Below, one piece after another: positions 23,940 through 38,082 of a DNA stretch of 64,000 nt. Made by a program: the position numbers and the translations under genes. Under the pieces are notes generated by a model, which saw only the letters and a list, made by a program, of their open reading frames with translations, was not told where the DNA came from and did not search any database. Location: the NCBI RefSeq assembly GCF_009914755.1, contig NC_060935.1; one strand, written 5' to 3'. The stretch comes from the human T2T-CHM13v2.0 reference genome, Homo sapiens. Positions within the stretch are counted from its first letter, which is position 1. Every line of letters begins with the position of its first letter.

Positions 23940-24897
23940 TGTTTTAAATAGTCAGTGTTTATTCAGATTTATCCACATAATCACCAATGCTTTTGCTCAT
24001 CCTCCCATTTTACATCTCATATCTTCCATTTCTCAAAACACATTCTTCAGGAGTTCCTTCTGTGAGAGTCTCTGCATGGTAAATGCCTCCTTTTATCTAT
24101 CTGAAAATGTCATTGTTTCACCCTCGTCTTCTAAAGATGGTTTTTCCAGGCATGGCATTGTAGGGTGATAGTTTCTTTCTTCCAGCACATTGAAGATCCA
24201 TGTTCTGACTGCCAGTGTTGTGGCCATCAGTCAGGTTGCCATTTGCTTGTGGTGATCTGCCTTTTTTTCCTCTAAGAGCTTTTATTTTTCTCTGCTATGA
24301 TACATTCTCACCAAATTGTATCTGGTGACTCTTTTTCAAATCATGTTTGGGATTTGTGGAGTTTCCTAGATTTTAAAATTATCATCATTTAACATTTTTA
24401 AACAATTTAATGCTATAATCTCTTTAAATATTAACATAACGGTGAAGAACACAAGACCAGGCTACTTGGCATTTCTCCTATGGGACCTTAGCCAGATTTT
24501 GTAACTCTGTTATGTTTGTTTCCTCATCAGTAAAATGGGGATAACATTATTAATCTATAGGTTTGCTGTGAAGATTAATAATTTAATGTATATAAATGAT
24601 TTACAATAGGAGCACATAGTAAGTACTATAAAATTATTAGCTCTCATTATCACTTTTAGTATTATCTCTTTCTGGAAGTCTAATTCAACATACGTTAGCC
24701 CTCTTCTTCTATCATCCTTATTTCTTTAACCTTTTCCTTATGTCTCGTCTCTGTCTCTGAGGCTGCTTTCTGGGTAATTTCTTCAGATGTATCTTCCAGT
24801 TAACTAGATTCTTTCCATTGTGTCTAATCATCTGTTTAATCTATCCACTGAAGTTTAAATCCAATTTTTATATTACTAATTTCTAGAAGTTCTATTT
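23940..24897 (-). mobile_element. Ancient L1M ORF1-region relic, with a MIR at ~24440-24650; continues at 28922-29350
   Basis: atctgaaaatgtc...ttccagcacattgaagat is an antisense ORF1 pattern. Confidence 0.6.
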
Positions 24898-27800
24898 TAT
24901 TTTTTTAAAATTATACTTTAAGTTATGCGATACATGGGCAGAACGTGCAGGTTTGTTACCTACGTATACACATGCCGTGGTGGTTTGCTGCATCCATCAA
25001 CCCGTCATCTACATTAGGTATTTCTCCTAGTGCTATCCCTCTCCTAGCTCCCCACCCCCTGAGAGGCCCCAGTGTGTGATGTTCCCCTCCCTGTATCCAT
25101 GTGTTCTCATTGTTCAACTCCCACATATGAGTGAGAACATGCAGTGTTTGGTTTTCTGTTCCTGTGTTAGTTTGCTGAGAATGATGGTTTCCAGCTTCAT
25201 CCACGTCCCTGCAAAGAACATAAACTCATCCTTTTCTTACGGCTGCATAGAATTCCATGGTGTATATGTACCACATTTTCTTTATCCAGTCTATCATTGA
25301 TGGGCATTTGGGTTGGTTCCAGGTCTTTGCTATTGTTAATAGTGCTGCAATAAACGTATGTGTGCATGTGTCTTTATAGTAGAATGATTTATAATCTCTT
25401 GGGTATATACCCAGTAGTGGGATTGCTGAGACAAATGGTATTTCTGGTTCTAGATCCTTGAGGAATCGCCACACTGTCTTCCACAATGGTTGAACTAATT
25501 TGCACTCCCACCAACCGTGTAAAAGCGTTCCTATTTCTCCACATCCTCTCCAGCATCTGTTGTTTCCTGACTTTTTAATGATTTCCATTCTAACTGGTGT
25601 AAGATGGTATCTCATTGTGGTTTTAATTTGCATTCCTCTAATGACCAGTGATGATGAGCATTTTTTCATGTTGGTTGGCCATATAAATATCTTCTTTTGA
25701 GAAGTCTCTGTTCATATTCTTCACCCACTTTTTGATGGAGTTGTTTATTTTTTCTTATAAATTTGTTTAAGTTTCTTGTAAATTCTGGATATTAGCCCTT
25801 TGTCAGATGGATAGATTGCAAAAATTTTCTCTCATTCTGTAGGTTGCCTGTTCACTCTGATGATAGTTTCTTTTGCTGTGCAGAAGCTCTTTAGTTTAAT
25901 TAGATCCCATTTGTCAATTTTGGCTTTTGTTGCCATTGCTTTTGGTGTTTTATTCATGAGGTCTTTGCCCATGCCTATGTCCTGAATGGTACTGTCTAGG
26001 TTTTCTTCTAGGGTTTTATGGTTTTAGGTCTTATGTTTAAGTCTTTAATCCATTTTGAGTTAATTTTTGTATAAGGTGTAAGGAAGGGGTCCAGTTTCAG
26101 TTTTCTGCATATGGCTAACCAGTTTTCCCAACACCATTTATTAAATAAGGAATCCTTTCCCCATTGCTTGTTTTTGTCAGGTTTGTCAAAGATCAGATGG
26201 TTGTACATGTGTGGCATCATTTCTGAGGCCTCTGTTCTGTTCCACTGGTCGATATATATGTTTTAGTACCAGCACCATGTTGTTTTGGTTACTGTAGCCT
26301 TGTAGTATAGTTTGAAGTCAGGTAGTGTGTTGCCTCCAGCTTTATTCTTTTTGCTTAGGATTGTCCTGGCTATACAGGATCTCTTTTGTTTCCATATGAA
26401 ATTTAAAGTAGTTTTTTCTACTTCTGTGAAGAAAGTCAATGGTAGCCTGACGTGGATAGCATTAAAACTATAAATTACTTTGGGCAGTATGGCCATTTTC
26501 ACGACATTGATTCTTCCTATCCATGAGCATGGAATTTTTTTCCATTTGTTTGTATCCTCTCTTATTTCCTTGAGCAGTGGTTTGTAGTTCTCCTTGAAGA
26601 GGTCCTTCACATCCTTTGTAAATTGTATTCCTAGGTATTTTATTCTCTTTGTAGCAATTGTAAATGAGAGTTCACTCATGATTTGGCTCTCTGTTTGTCT
26701 ATTATTGGTGTATGGGAATGCTTGTGATTTTTGCACATTGATTTTGTATCCTGAGACTTTGCTGAAGTTGCTTATCAGCTTAAGGAGATTTGGGACTGAG
26801 ACAATGGAGTTTTCTAAATATACAATCATGTCATCTGCAAACAGGGACAATTTGACGTCCTCTTTTCCTAATTGAATACCCTTTATTTCTTTTTCTTGTC
26901 TGATTTCTCTGTGCAGAACTTCCAATACTATGTTGAATAGGAGTGGTGAGAGAGGGCATCCTTGTCTTGTGGCAATTTTCAAAGGGAATTCTTCCAGCTT
27001 TTGCCCATTCAGTGTGATATTTGCTGTGGGTTTATAAAAAATAGCTCTTATTATTTTGAGATATGTTCCATCAGTACCCAGTTTATTGAGAGTTTTTAGC
27101 ATGAAGGGGTGTTGAATTTTATCGACAGCCTTTTCTGCATCTATTGAGATAATCATGTGGTTTTTGTCATTGGTTCTGCTTATGTGATGGATTACATTTA
27201 TTGATTTGCGTATTTTGAGCCAGACTTGCATCCCAGGGATGAAGCCGACTTGATCATGGTGGATAAACTTTTGGATGTGCTGCTGGATTCGGTTTGACAG
27301 TACTTTATTGAGGATTTTTGCATCAATGTTCATCAGGGATATTGGCCTGAAATTTTCTTTTTTTGTTTTGTCTCTGCCAGGTTTTGGTATCAGGATGAGG
27401 CTGGCCTCATAAAATGAGTTAGGGAGGAGTCCCTCCTTTTCTATCATTTGGAATAGTTTCAGGAGGAATGGTATTAGCTCCTCTTTGTACCTCTAGTAGA
27501 ATTTGGCTGTGAATCCGTCTGGTCCTGGGCTTTTTTTGATTGGTAGGCTATTAATTACTGCCTCAGTTTCAGAAGTTGTTATTGGTTTATTCAGGGATTC
27601 GACTTCTTCCTGGTTTAGTCTTGGGAGAGTGTATGTGTCCAGGAATTTATGCATTTCTTCTAGATTTTCTGGTTTATTTGCATAGAGGCATTTATAGAAT
27701 TATCTGATGGTAGTTTGTATTTCTGTGGGCTCAGTGGTGATATCCCTTTTATCATTTTTTATTGTGTCTATTTGATTCTTCTCTTTTTTCTTCTTTATTA

Positions 27801-28921
27801 GTCTTGCTAGCAGTCTATGTATTTTGTTAATCTTTTCCAAAAACCAGCTGCTGGATTTATTGATTTTTTGAAGGGTTTTTCATTTCCCTATCTCCTTCAG
27901 TTTTGCTCTGATCTTAGTTATTTCTTGCCTTCTGCTAGCTTTTCAATTTGTTTGCTCTTGCTTTTCTAGTTCTTTTCATTGTGATGTTAGGGTGTCAATT
28001 TTAGATCTTTCCTGCTTTCTTCTGTGGGCATTTAGCGCTATAAATTTCCCTCTAAACACTGCTTTAGCTGTGTCCCAGAGATTCTGGTATGTTGTGTCTT
28101 TGTTCTTATTGGTTTCAAAGAACTCATTTATTTCTGCCTTAATTTCTTTATTTACCCAGTAGTCATTAAAAAGCAAGTTGTTCAGTTTCCATGTAGTTGT
28201 GTGGTTTTGAGTGAGTTTTTTAATCATGAGTTCTAATTTGATTGCACTGTGGTCTGAGAGACTGTTATTATTTCCATTCTTTTGCTTTTGCTGAAGAGTG
28301 TTTTACTTTTAATTATGTGGTCAATTTTAGAATAAGCGCAATGTGGTGCTGAGAAGAATGTATATTCTGTTGACGTGGGGTGGAGAGTTCTGTAGATTTC
28401 TATTAGGTCTGCTTGGTCCAGAGCTGAGCTCAAGTCCTGAATATCCTTGTTAATTTTCTGTCTCATTGATCTGTCTATTATTGACAGTGGGGTGTTAAGC
28501 TCTCCCACTATTATTGTGTGGGAGTCTAAGTCTCTTTGTAGGTCTCTAAGGACTTGCTTTATGAATCTGTGTGCTCCTGTATTGGGTGCATATATATTTA
28601 GGATAGTTAGCTCTTCTTATTGAATTGATCCCTTTAGCATTACATAATGGCCTTCTTTGTCTCTTTTGATCTTTGTTGGTTTAAAGTCTGTTTTATCAGA
28701 GACTAGGATTGCAACCCCTGTTTTTGTTTTTGTTTTTTTTTGCTTTCCATTTGCTTGGTAAATATTCTATTCCTCCATCCCTTTATTTTGAGCCTATGTG
28801 TGTCTTTACACATGAGATGGGTCTCCTGAATACAGCACACCAATGGGTCTTGACTCTTTATCCAATTTGGCAGTCTATATGTTTTAATTGGGACATTTAG
28901 CCCATTTACATTTAAGGTTAA
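24898..28921 (-). mobile_element. 5'-truncated L1PA7-like element (ORF2 and 3' UTR)
   Basis: L1PA7-type 3' UTR, ORF2 fragments including a 394-aa RT stretch (26263-27447, FADD), truncation at the EN start, and short TSD TCTATTT at 24891 and 28922. Confidence 0.95.
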
Positions 28922-30140
28922 TCTATTTGATATTTTGTTTTTCTACTTTCATAGTCATTTTTTCATTTCTTGATGCTGACTTGTGTTGTCAATTCTTTCT
29001 TTTATGTCTTTAATCCTATTAAGCATGGCAATATTATAATTATCTGATAATTCTAGTGCTAAAGTCTATGTGTGTGTGACTTTACTGTCTGTAATTTCTT
29101 CTGGCACTTTCATGTGATTTGTTTGTGATTTTTGACTGTGAGTTGCCACTTGCCTTGGGAGCTTATTTGTGGAAATTCTTTAAGGCCTGAATTGTAGTTG
29201 AGTTCTTTTAGAGAGGTCTTCTGTTTTCTTTTTCTAATTGACTGGAGGAACTTCCCAATGTGCTTTCATGTATCAGGTTGTCCTCAGAAACCTCATTTGT
29301 CATTTGAAATTTTAGGAAGACCACAGTTTGTATGAATTTGGATCACAATGTGATACTGATTTATGGTTATAAATTCTCAAGAAGAGCTTTTTGTTTTGGT
29401 TTTGTTTTGTCTTTTGATGTTGTTGTTGTTGTTTTTGTTTTTGTTTTCCCCAGAGCCAAGTGTGCATCAGGCAGTTTCTTGGCAGTTGTATTTCTCATGA
29501 ATGAGAATACACTAAAGGTTCGGTCTTTTGAAGTCCTGCATTTTCATGACATTTTCCTGTTAGACTTTCCACCATGAGTTGTTCTAAACTCTTTCATTCC
29601 TTTTAAGCTTGTAGCCATAATACGAAATGAGAATCTCCTTCTGAGAAGAAAGGATAACCATTTAGGAAATGAATTGATCACGTCTGTGCTTCAGAAAAGT
29701 CTTATCAGGCTGCTGAATGTACAAGATATAGAATATAGATGAAAACATAAATCACTGGTTATACTTCCACATGGAAACAACTGCATAAATACTTTAGTAT
29801 ATGCATACAAAATACACAATTGATATTGTTTTATAATATGTGGTTTATTTCTAATTTGATAATTACTGATTGTGGGATCTCCAACATAAATGGCAACTCT
29901 TTTGATCTCAGTTCCCCATCTGTAAAATGGGATGCCTTACAGTTGTGATGAATCTGAAACTAAGAGAACTCTGGTGCCTATGGAGGTTTCTCTCCTCCAA
30001 GTACCAAAGAGAGTAGAGAGCTCAAATAGGCCTCTCTCTGAGGCCAAACTTGGATTCCAGGATGACTCTCATCTTTTAGATCCTTAGTGGCTTCCAGAGT
30101 TTTCATAACTATGATGAAGTCATCAACCTAGGCCCCTCTC

Positions 30141-32870
30141 CATGGCTTACAATGTGATATTTCAATATATGTATACAATGTATAATGATCAAATTGGGTT
30201 CCTTAACATATCCATCACCACAAACATTTATCATTTCTTTGTGTTGGGAATATTCAAAATATACTCTTCTAGCTATTTAAAAATATACAGTAAATTGTCA
30301 TTAATTATAATCACCCTACATTGCCCTAGGACTCTACAACTTATTTCTCCTATCTAGCTGTAATTTTGTATCTGTTAGCCAAAATTAGGCTATCCATCTG
30401 TCCATCCTTCCCAGCTTCTAGTAACCTCTATTCTACTCTCTATTTCTATGACATCAACTTTTTCAGCTTTCACATGTGTGAGAACATGTGGTATCTGTCC
30501 TTTTGTGCCTGAATTATTCCACTTAAAATAATGTCCTCCAGACTCATTCACGTTGCTGCAAATGACAAGATTCTTTCTTTTTTGTGGCTGAATAGTACTC
30601 CCTTGTGTATATGTACCACATTGTCTTTATCCATTCATCTGTTGATGGACACAGGTTGAGTCCATATCTTGACTATTGTGAATAGTGCTGCAATAAGCAT
30701 GAGAGTGCAGACATCTCGTCAACATATTGATTTCCTTCCCTTCAGATATATATCCAGTAGTGGGATTGCTGGATCATGTGGTAGTTCGATTTGTAGCTTT
30801 CTGAGGAAGCACCGTACTGTTTTCCATAATGGCTGCACTAATTTGCATTCCCACCAACTGTGTATAGGAGTTCCCTTTCTCTGCATCCCCACCAGCATTT
30901 ATTTACTTTTTGTCTTCTTGATAACAATCATTCTAACTGTATTAATATGATATCTCATTGTAGTTTTGATTTGCATTTCTCTGATGATTAGTGATTTTGA
31001 GCATTTTTTTCATATACCTGTTGTCTATTCCTATGTATTATTTTAAGAGACGTTTATTTAGCTCATTTGCTCATTTTTAAATTGGATTGTTGGTGGGTTT
31101 TTTTGTTTGTTTGGTTGGTTTTTGCTTTTGAGTTGTTTGAGTTCCTTGTATATTCCAGATAGTAATCCCTTGTTGAATAAATAGTTTGCAAATGTTTTCT
31201 CTCATTCTGCTAGTTGTCTCTTCACTCTGATGATTGTTTCTTTCACTGTGCAGGAATTTTTTAGTTTGATACAATCCTATTTGTCTAGTTTTGCTTTTGA
31301 TCCATGTGCTTTTGAGGTCCTCTTCACAAAGTCTTTGCCCACACCAATGTTCTGATACAATGTTTTTGTTTTCTTCCAATAGTTTCATAGTTTAAGGTCT
31401 TATATTTCAGTCATTAATTCATTCAGAGTTGACTTTTGTATATAAGAGATAGGGATCTAGTTTAATTCTACTGCATGTGGATATCCAGTGTTTCCAGCGC
31501 CACACTATGAATATTTGTTCACTTAATGGTGTCCCATAAGTCTTATAGGCTTTCTTCACTATTTTTCATTCTTTTTTTTTTCTCAGACTGGATAATTTCA
31601 AATGATCTGTCTTTGAATTTAGAGTTCTTTCTTCTGCTTGATCAAGTCTATTGTTGAATCTCTCTATTGTATTATTTATTTTATTCATTGAATTCTTCAG
31701 CTTCAGGGTTTGTTTATTTTTTTAAAAAATCCACCTTCTGTTAAATTTCTCATTCATATCATGAATTGATTTCCTGATTTTGTTAAATTGTCTATCTGTA
31801 TTTTTTGTATCTCATTGAGTTTCCTTAAAATCATTATTTTGAACTCCTTTTCCAGAAATTTTTAAATTTCATTTTTAGCAGAGTCTGTTACTAGAGGGTT
31901 ATTGTATTCCTTTAGTGGTGTCGTATTTCCTTGCTTGTTTATGTTTCTTCTGTCTCTGCATGATGTTTCTTGTATCTGTGCATCTGATGGAACATTTACC
32001 TCTTCCAAACTTTCTAGAATCATCTTTGCAGAGAAAGACTTTCACCTGCAGTTTGGTCTTGGTGTGCTGGTTGGTGAGGACAACTCTGTTTTTGGGTAAG
32101 TTGAGTGATATAATCTCTATGCAGCTTCCTCATTTGTTGGCTCACTGAATAACTGTGGGTGCCTCAATGACTTAGGTTGTAGAAGTTTGTGGCGGTGGCA
32201 GTAGTGGTGGAGGTTGTTAAAGTCTTCATGAGCGAGGGCTTTTGGGGTCCTCTTATTCTTATTTCCCCCACAGTGTGGAGACTTAGCTGAGAAAATCCTT
32301 CTCGGTATCAGGTCGGACATGGCCTACATGCAGCTGCAGTGGTACTAGGTTCCAGGTGAAGGTGCTTAGAGCATTTGTGGGGTTGGGGTCCTAGGCTCAG
32401 TGTATCACAAACCTATTGTGGCACCTGGATCTTGTGGTGCAGGTTTGCTCTCTGTGTTTATTGGATGTAGGTTGTCCAGAGAGCCGTGATCTGGGACTCT
32501 GAGGCACCTTTAGCAGTTTGGGCTCAGGGGCTGGGTTGTAGCTGCAATTCTACTTCTAGGGGCCAGGGCAAAGAACTGGTCTGACTCAGGAGAAGAAGGA
32601 GTGCTCTGGAGGTTTGGGCCTGGGGAGCAGAATATGGCTGCAATTCGGGACCCTGAGCCAATAGGGCTTGGTGGCAACTCAGGTGTCAGGGATGAGGAAC
32701 CATGTGGTGACTCTAGACCTTGGAGATGGTGGGGTATATTTTAGACTCTGTGAGGCCAGGTACAATGGCAGCGAGGACCCTAAAATGTCAGAGCACAACT
32801 GTTGTCTTGGCCCTGGGGGGCAAGGAGCAGCACAGCAAAGACTCCACTTCCTGAGGAGTGAAGTCTGACA
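30141..32870 (-). mobile_element. L1MA-like element with a large internal deletion (3' UTR/ORF2 end joined to ORF1/5' UTR at ~31503)
   Basis: 30141-31503 is antisense L1MA 3' end and ORF2, 31504-32050 is antisense ORF1, and a GC-richer 5'-UTR-like segment follows. Confidence 0.75.
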
Positions 32871-33489
32871 CTTAACTTTTTGCAATACTCATTGTGTGAA
32901 CTTTAAGAAGCTCCTTAACTTTCCTGGATCTCTATTCCTCATTCCTAAAATAGGACTAATCCTGTAGTTCTCCAAGGGTGTTTTGAGAGTCATTTGGTTA
33001 ACTTTTGCATGCTTCATAAATGACGGTATTGGTTAGTCCTGAGTCTTCTGCATAATAACTGTTTGATATTGAATAAGCTATTTTCTCTCTCAGAGCCCCA
33101 ATTTTGAAATCTGTTAAATACATATAAGATATGCCTCATAGAAGTATCAAATTAAATTGTAAATTAAGCAATATAAAGCAACTGGTACAATGCCTAGCTG
33201 ATAGATGCTTGATAAATAGTACCCCTGTTATTCTAATTCAAATTTCACTGCCAAGTTTTGAGTTAAATTTAGAGTTTCAACTTCATCAAAATTTTACTGT
33301 TATATACTTTAATGAGGAATTTTTTAAGGGATTCTGAAGCAGGGAGCACAAAGAGCAAGCTCTTAACATTTTGGCTTCCGGTTGCCGAAATATTTAATAC
33401 CACATCAGATTGTGAAGGGATAGAAAAGAAATGTAATGTTACCACATTACGTCACTAGGTGGTAGTCAAGGATCATTGCTTTGTTAGTA

Positions 33490-33524
33490 TGCGGTAACCC
33501 TTGACTGGCCAGCAGGGGGCCCAT
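33490..33524 (+). promoter_or_regulatory. CTCF binding motif with upstream module
   Basis: Core TGGCCAGCAGGGGGCCC at 33506-33522 and TGCGGTAACCC at 33490-33500. Confidence 0.7.
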
Positions 33525-33725
33525 GTCAATGACATTGCTGGAAAAAGTTTGGGATCTCAAGCCGACGTGTATTTGTGCGTGGTGTGTGTGCCTGCGCGCA
33601 AGAGGGAATGGGGAGGGAGGGTGAGGACAGAGGGAGGGAACAGGAAGATGAATCCAAGTGAGACGAATGCCCTGTGAAGTTTGGGAACCGGTCTCTACTC
33701 ACTGTCTACTTACCCACGCCAATTT

Positions 33726-33884
33726 TCTTTTCTTTTCCTTTCTATTTTTTTTTTTTTTTTTTTTTTTTGACAAAGTTTCCCCCTGCACCCAGGCTGAAGT
33801 GGAGTGGCAGGATCATAGCTCGCATCTCCAAACTCCCGGGCTCAAGCCGTCCTCCCACCCCAGCCTCCCGAGTAGCCAAGATTA
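33726..33884 (-). mobile_element. Alu monomer (FRAM/AluJ right arm)
   Basis: Poly(T), then cccaggctgaagtggagtggcaggatcatagctc...cagcctcccgagtagc. Confidence 0.8.
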
Positions 33885-35918
33885 TCCATCCCAATTTAAA
33901 GTAGAGCAATGAAGGGGACCCATGTAATTTTTGCAACCTGAGCATTCATGGATGGCAGCATGTACAGCAGCTCCTGCGAGTGTCTATTAATCAACCACTG
34001 AAATGCTGGTCTCAAATCCCGATCTACTAAGTCTGTGAATCCAGGTTAGGACTACTAATTTAATCTTACTGTCATGTTGCTTAACCTTACTAGTCAGTCC
34101 TTGGCTTCCCCATCAGTAAGATGGCTGTTGTGAGGTATTCAAGGTGCACACGTGAGTGCTTAGCACATGCTTAAAGCCGTGTGACATCAGAATGTGCCCT
34201 CTGTCATCGTCAGGACCATCTTTATTATTTCACCGACTTTCCCAGTCTTCCACAGGGTTTCTGAAGCTTGCTCCTAAAATCCCAATCCCCAAGGCCAGCT
34301 GAAACTGCTCAGCACGTGTCTGCCACGTTAGGCTTTGGGGCAGGGCAATAGCCTGAGGACAGCAGATGGAAGCACTGGGCAAAGACACGGTGCCTGCACC
34401 TGCTGCTATGCGATGGAGGGAGGTATGCCCCAGGTTCCCTTCTGTTCCTGCTCCTCTGTTAGAGCGGATACCTCATGTGAACATGGGCTGGAGACTCGAT
34501 AGCCCTATAGAGATGGAAAGGGTTATTACTTCTGGTATAATTCTGTCATTTGTTGGGAAACAAAAGAGTAAGTCTTACTGCCCATTACGTCTCAGTAACA
34601 ACAACTGATCTCCATGTCTTTCTGACTTTCAGGGAGCCCCAGTGACCTTCACGTCACCCTCTTCTCCCCAGGTTCCTTCAGGCCTGGCTGCCATCTGGCA
34701 AGTCCTGCCCGTCTGGTTTTCCCAGGCTTCCCTCTGCCAGTGTTTGGCCAGGGCGGGCCAGGGAGAGGCTGTAGGGACCAGCTGCCAGGGGTGGGCAGGG
34801 TGTGTCTGACCCCACGGTGGAGGGTTGGGCAGCCAGGGAGGAGGGCATAGTGTGGAGGTCTGCGTCAGTGAAGACTTGGGTGCAGTGAAGGCCTATAGCT
34901 CAGGAGGCTGAGGGCGACTCCCTGAAGGTTGGGCTGGTCCCAGGCTTTGCTTGTTGGATGGAGGAGACCTGTGGGGCCTCTGTGTCAAACCAGCTCCTGT
35001 GTCCAGCCCAACTTTAGAAAATCAGTGTGGGGGAGCCAAGCTTACCCCAGTCCACAGATAACTGCACAGTTTGGAGTTATGCTTTGAGAGAGTGAAGGGA
35101 AGGACTTGTCGGGGCAGGATGTGTTCCAGAATATAAGGATCCGAACAGTGTGAGCCGTTTCTCACATCCCTCTCAAGTGCTAACCTACTCAGCCTCCAAG
35201 CCCATGCTCCGCAGGCCTCTGTGCTCTGCACTCCTCTCTCCTCTTTGCCTTCTGTAGTCCCCTTTACCTGTTAGGCCCCAGAAGGCTCCCGTTTTGGGGT
35301 ATAACCCAGGTCCTAGGGCACTCCCCTCATCTGAACTCTGTAGCTGCTGCACCTGTCTCCTCTGCTCCTCTAGGCTGAAAGCTCCCTGAGAGCAGGGCCT
35401 ATGTTATTCATTCATGGATTCACTCATCCATTTCTTCAATGAATATTGATTGTGCACTCCTTGCTACTTGATAGGCCTTGTTTTAGGTGCTGGAACTGGC
35501 ACACTGGGTGAGGTCTGAAATTCAGCTCCTGACTCCTGGCCCAGTGCTCTTCCCAACAGATTCCCATCCCCACCTACCTCACCCAGAGCCCAGCCTCCTG
35601 GATATAGGTCAGGGAAGCAGTGCCCAGAGCACCACCTTCCCCTCAGGACCCTGATAGGATATTGCCTGCAGCATTTTCCAGCAGGCACAAAGGGCTGAGA
35701 GGTACATCTTTGCAGTTTCCTTCTTCCCCTAGGACATTCTGGGAACCACAGGGATATGCACTACCCTTTCCTTCCTTTTGCAGGGTGGCGACAGGGACCA
35801 GGGCCACACTCACTGGGCCTAGGGGCAACCCTGGTTCAGACACTCCAGGCTACATGACCTCAGATGACTCCTGTAACCCCCTGAAGCCTTGGTTTCCTCA
35901 TCTCTAAAAAGGTGATAG

Positions 35919-36562
35919 TGATACAGGAACTAGAAAGAAATTATTTAGGCAGATAGTGAGGGTAAGAGAGTCCTCAGTAAGGTTTCCTTTTAATAAAAAG
36001 CAGCCCCTAACTTGTTTCTTTTCTAAGAAAAAGCAACCTGAAAAATCAAGCTGCAAGCATAGATAAGCAAGCTAAAAGCTCACATAGGTAAATACTGGCA
36101 GCTGTGGCAATAGAAAAGCGATATCTGGAAGCCAGGTATATTCAACACGGAGGTTCCCTCTTCCCTTTCCTTTGTCACCACATGTGCAGTAAAAAGCAGG
36201 CAACATGGCACCGGCCAGGTAGAGACCCCATCTGCATAATAAAAGATTAGGGTGGGATGACCAGCTTCTTTGCATGCTATGCAAACAGCACACCTGGTTT
36301 GACCAATCTCTCATGCCCTATGTCAATCAGACACTGCCTCCTCAAGCTCATCTACAAAACGCCTCCATGCATTTCACCGTGGAACTGGAAGATCCAGTCC
36401 GGAGCCCCTCTCTCTGCAGGAGAGAGTTTTTCTCTTTTCTCTTTCTTTCACCTATTAAACCTCTGCTCTTAAACTCACTCCTCGTTTGTGTCCATGTCCT
36501 CGATTTCCTTGGAATGAGGCAATGAACCTCGGGTATTGCCCCAGACCAATGGCACCACTTTG
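35919..36562 (+). mobile_element. ERV1 solo LTR (LTR27/28-like) inserted in a MIR
   Basis: Starts TGATACAGGAACTAGAAAGAAATTATTTAGGCAG, has ATTAAA at ~36454 and a 4-bp TSD ATAG/ATAC, with MIR halves on both sides. Confidence 0.8.
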
Positions 36563-36774
36563 ATACCAAGAGTATCTTCTCCCTAAGGTGTTTTGAGAAT
36601 TCTTTGATTCTGTGCCTTCAATAAATGGTAGCTCCTGTCCTCCCTGCCCCCACCCCACAAGCCTGAGGACTGAAGTCAACTCCTGTCCATGGCAAATCAG
36701 GCTCCTGCTTAGCAGACTCGGAGCTACAGGAAGCCCTGTCTCCCTCTTCTAGTGCTCAGCCCTAGCGAGAGTAA

Positions 36775-36987
36775 CAACAATAATAATAGTTATTATAACA
36801 ATGTTGATCTTTTTGATAGCACTTGCTTTGTGTCAGGCACTGTTGTAAGCACTTTACATTTATTAACTCATTTACTCTTTGGTACAATCATATGAAGTGG
36901 TATCATTATCATCCCCCTTTTTCAGATGATGAAACCTAGAGAGGTTAAGCAACTTGCCCAAGATCACACAGCTGATAAGTAGCCATT
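36775..36987 (-). mobile_element. MIR
   Basis: gtcaggcactgttgtaagcactttac...tttcagatgatgaaac...aggttaagcaacttgcccaagatcacacagct. Confidence 0.85.
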
Positions 36988-37003
36988 AGAAATGAAGAGA
37001 CAT

Positions 37004-37332
<329 letters not shown>

Positions 37333-38082
37333 CTACATTTGCATATAGTTGGTTGCCACATCAATGGCCAAGGTAAAAAGGTGAGTTGAGAATATACGAA
37401 CTGGGTCATAAATGATGTGAACACAGCTAAGGACTTTCCCAGGACACCTGGACAGCAGGCCTCTGCCAACTCACCCTCTTTTTGTGCCCACTGAGTTGTG
37501 CTGCCTGGCACCTGAAAGGGCACATCAATGTTCTGGAGAAGGAAAAGGATGGCAGGAGAGTAACTGGTCTCTGCTCCCTCTTTGGGGCACACAGGGCTTC
37601 CAGAAATTCTTGCAAATGTGCCTGAGCCCACATAGGTGCTCTGAAGTAAAAACCACAGAGCTCACTCACACCCCAGAAGTGTTCCCAAATACATTCCCCC
37701 ATGAAAATTTTCTCTAATATATTTAACTCTACCCACCCCCCAAACTGCTGATGGCAATTTAAAATATTATTTTCCATTCTGCCTCTGTTCTCATTTGTAG
37801 AACAGGGGAAGCCAGAGAAACATGGGCTGAGGGAAAATTCATGAGGACTTAGCCACCTGGGAGGTGTTTCTCAAGAGGTGCCAGTGTCGTTGGCTCAGCC
37901 AGGGCTCTTGGCGACATGGAGACAGAGCCAGGAGGGCAGGGCTCATGTCTGCTGTGTCTTGCTTCATTCTTAGGTTCTGTGTAAGAGTCCATTTGGAAAC
38001 AGCTTCTGTGCTAAAAACAGAATTTGAGGGCTGTTGGGCTAGATAATTCCTAGATTCCATCTTGACTGCTACCTCCTAGGGC

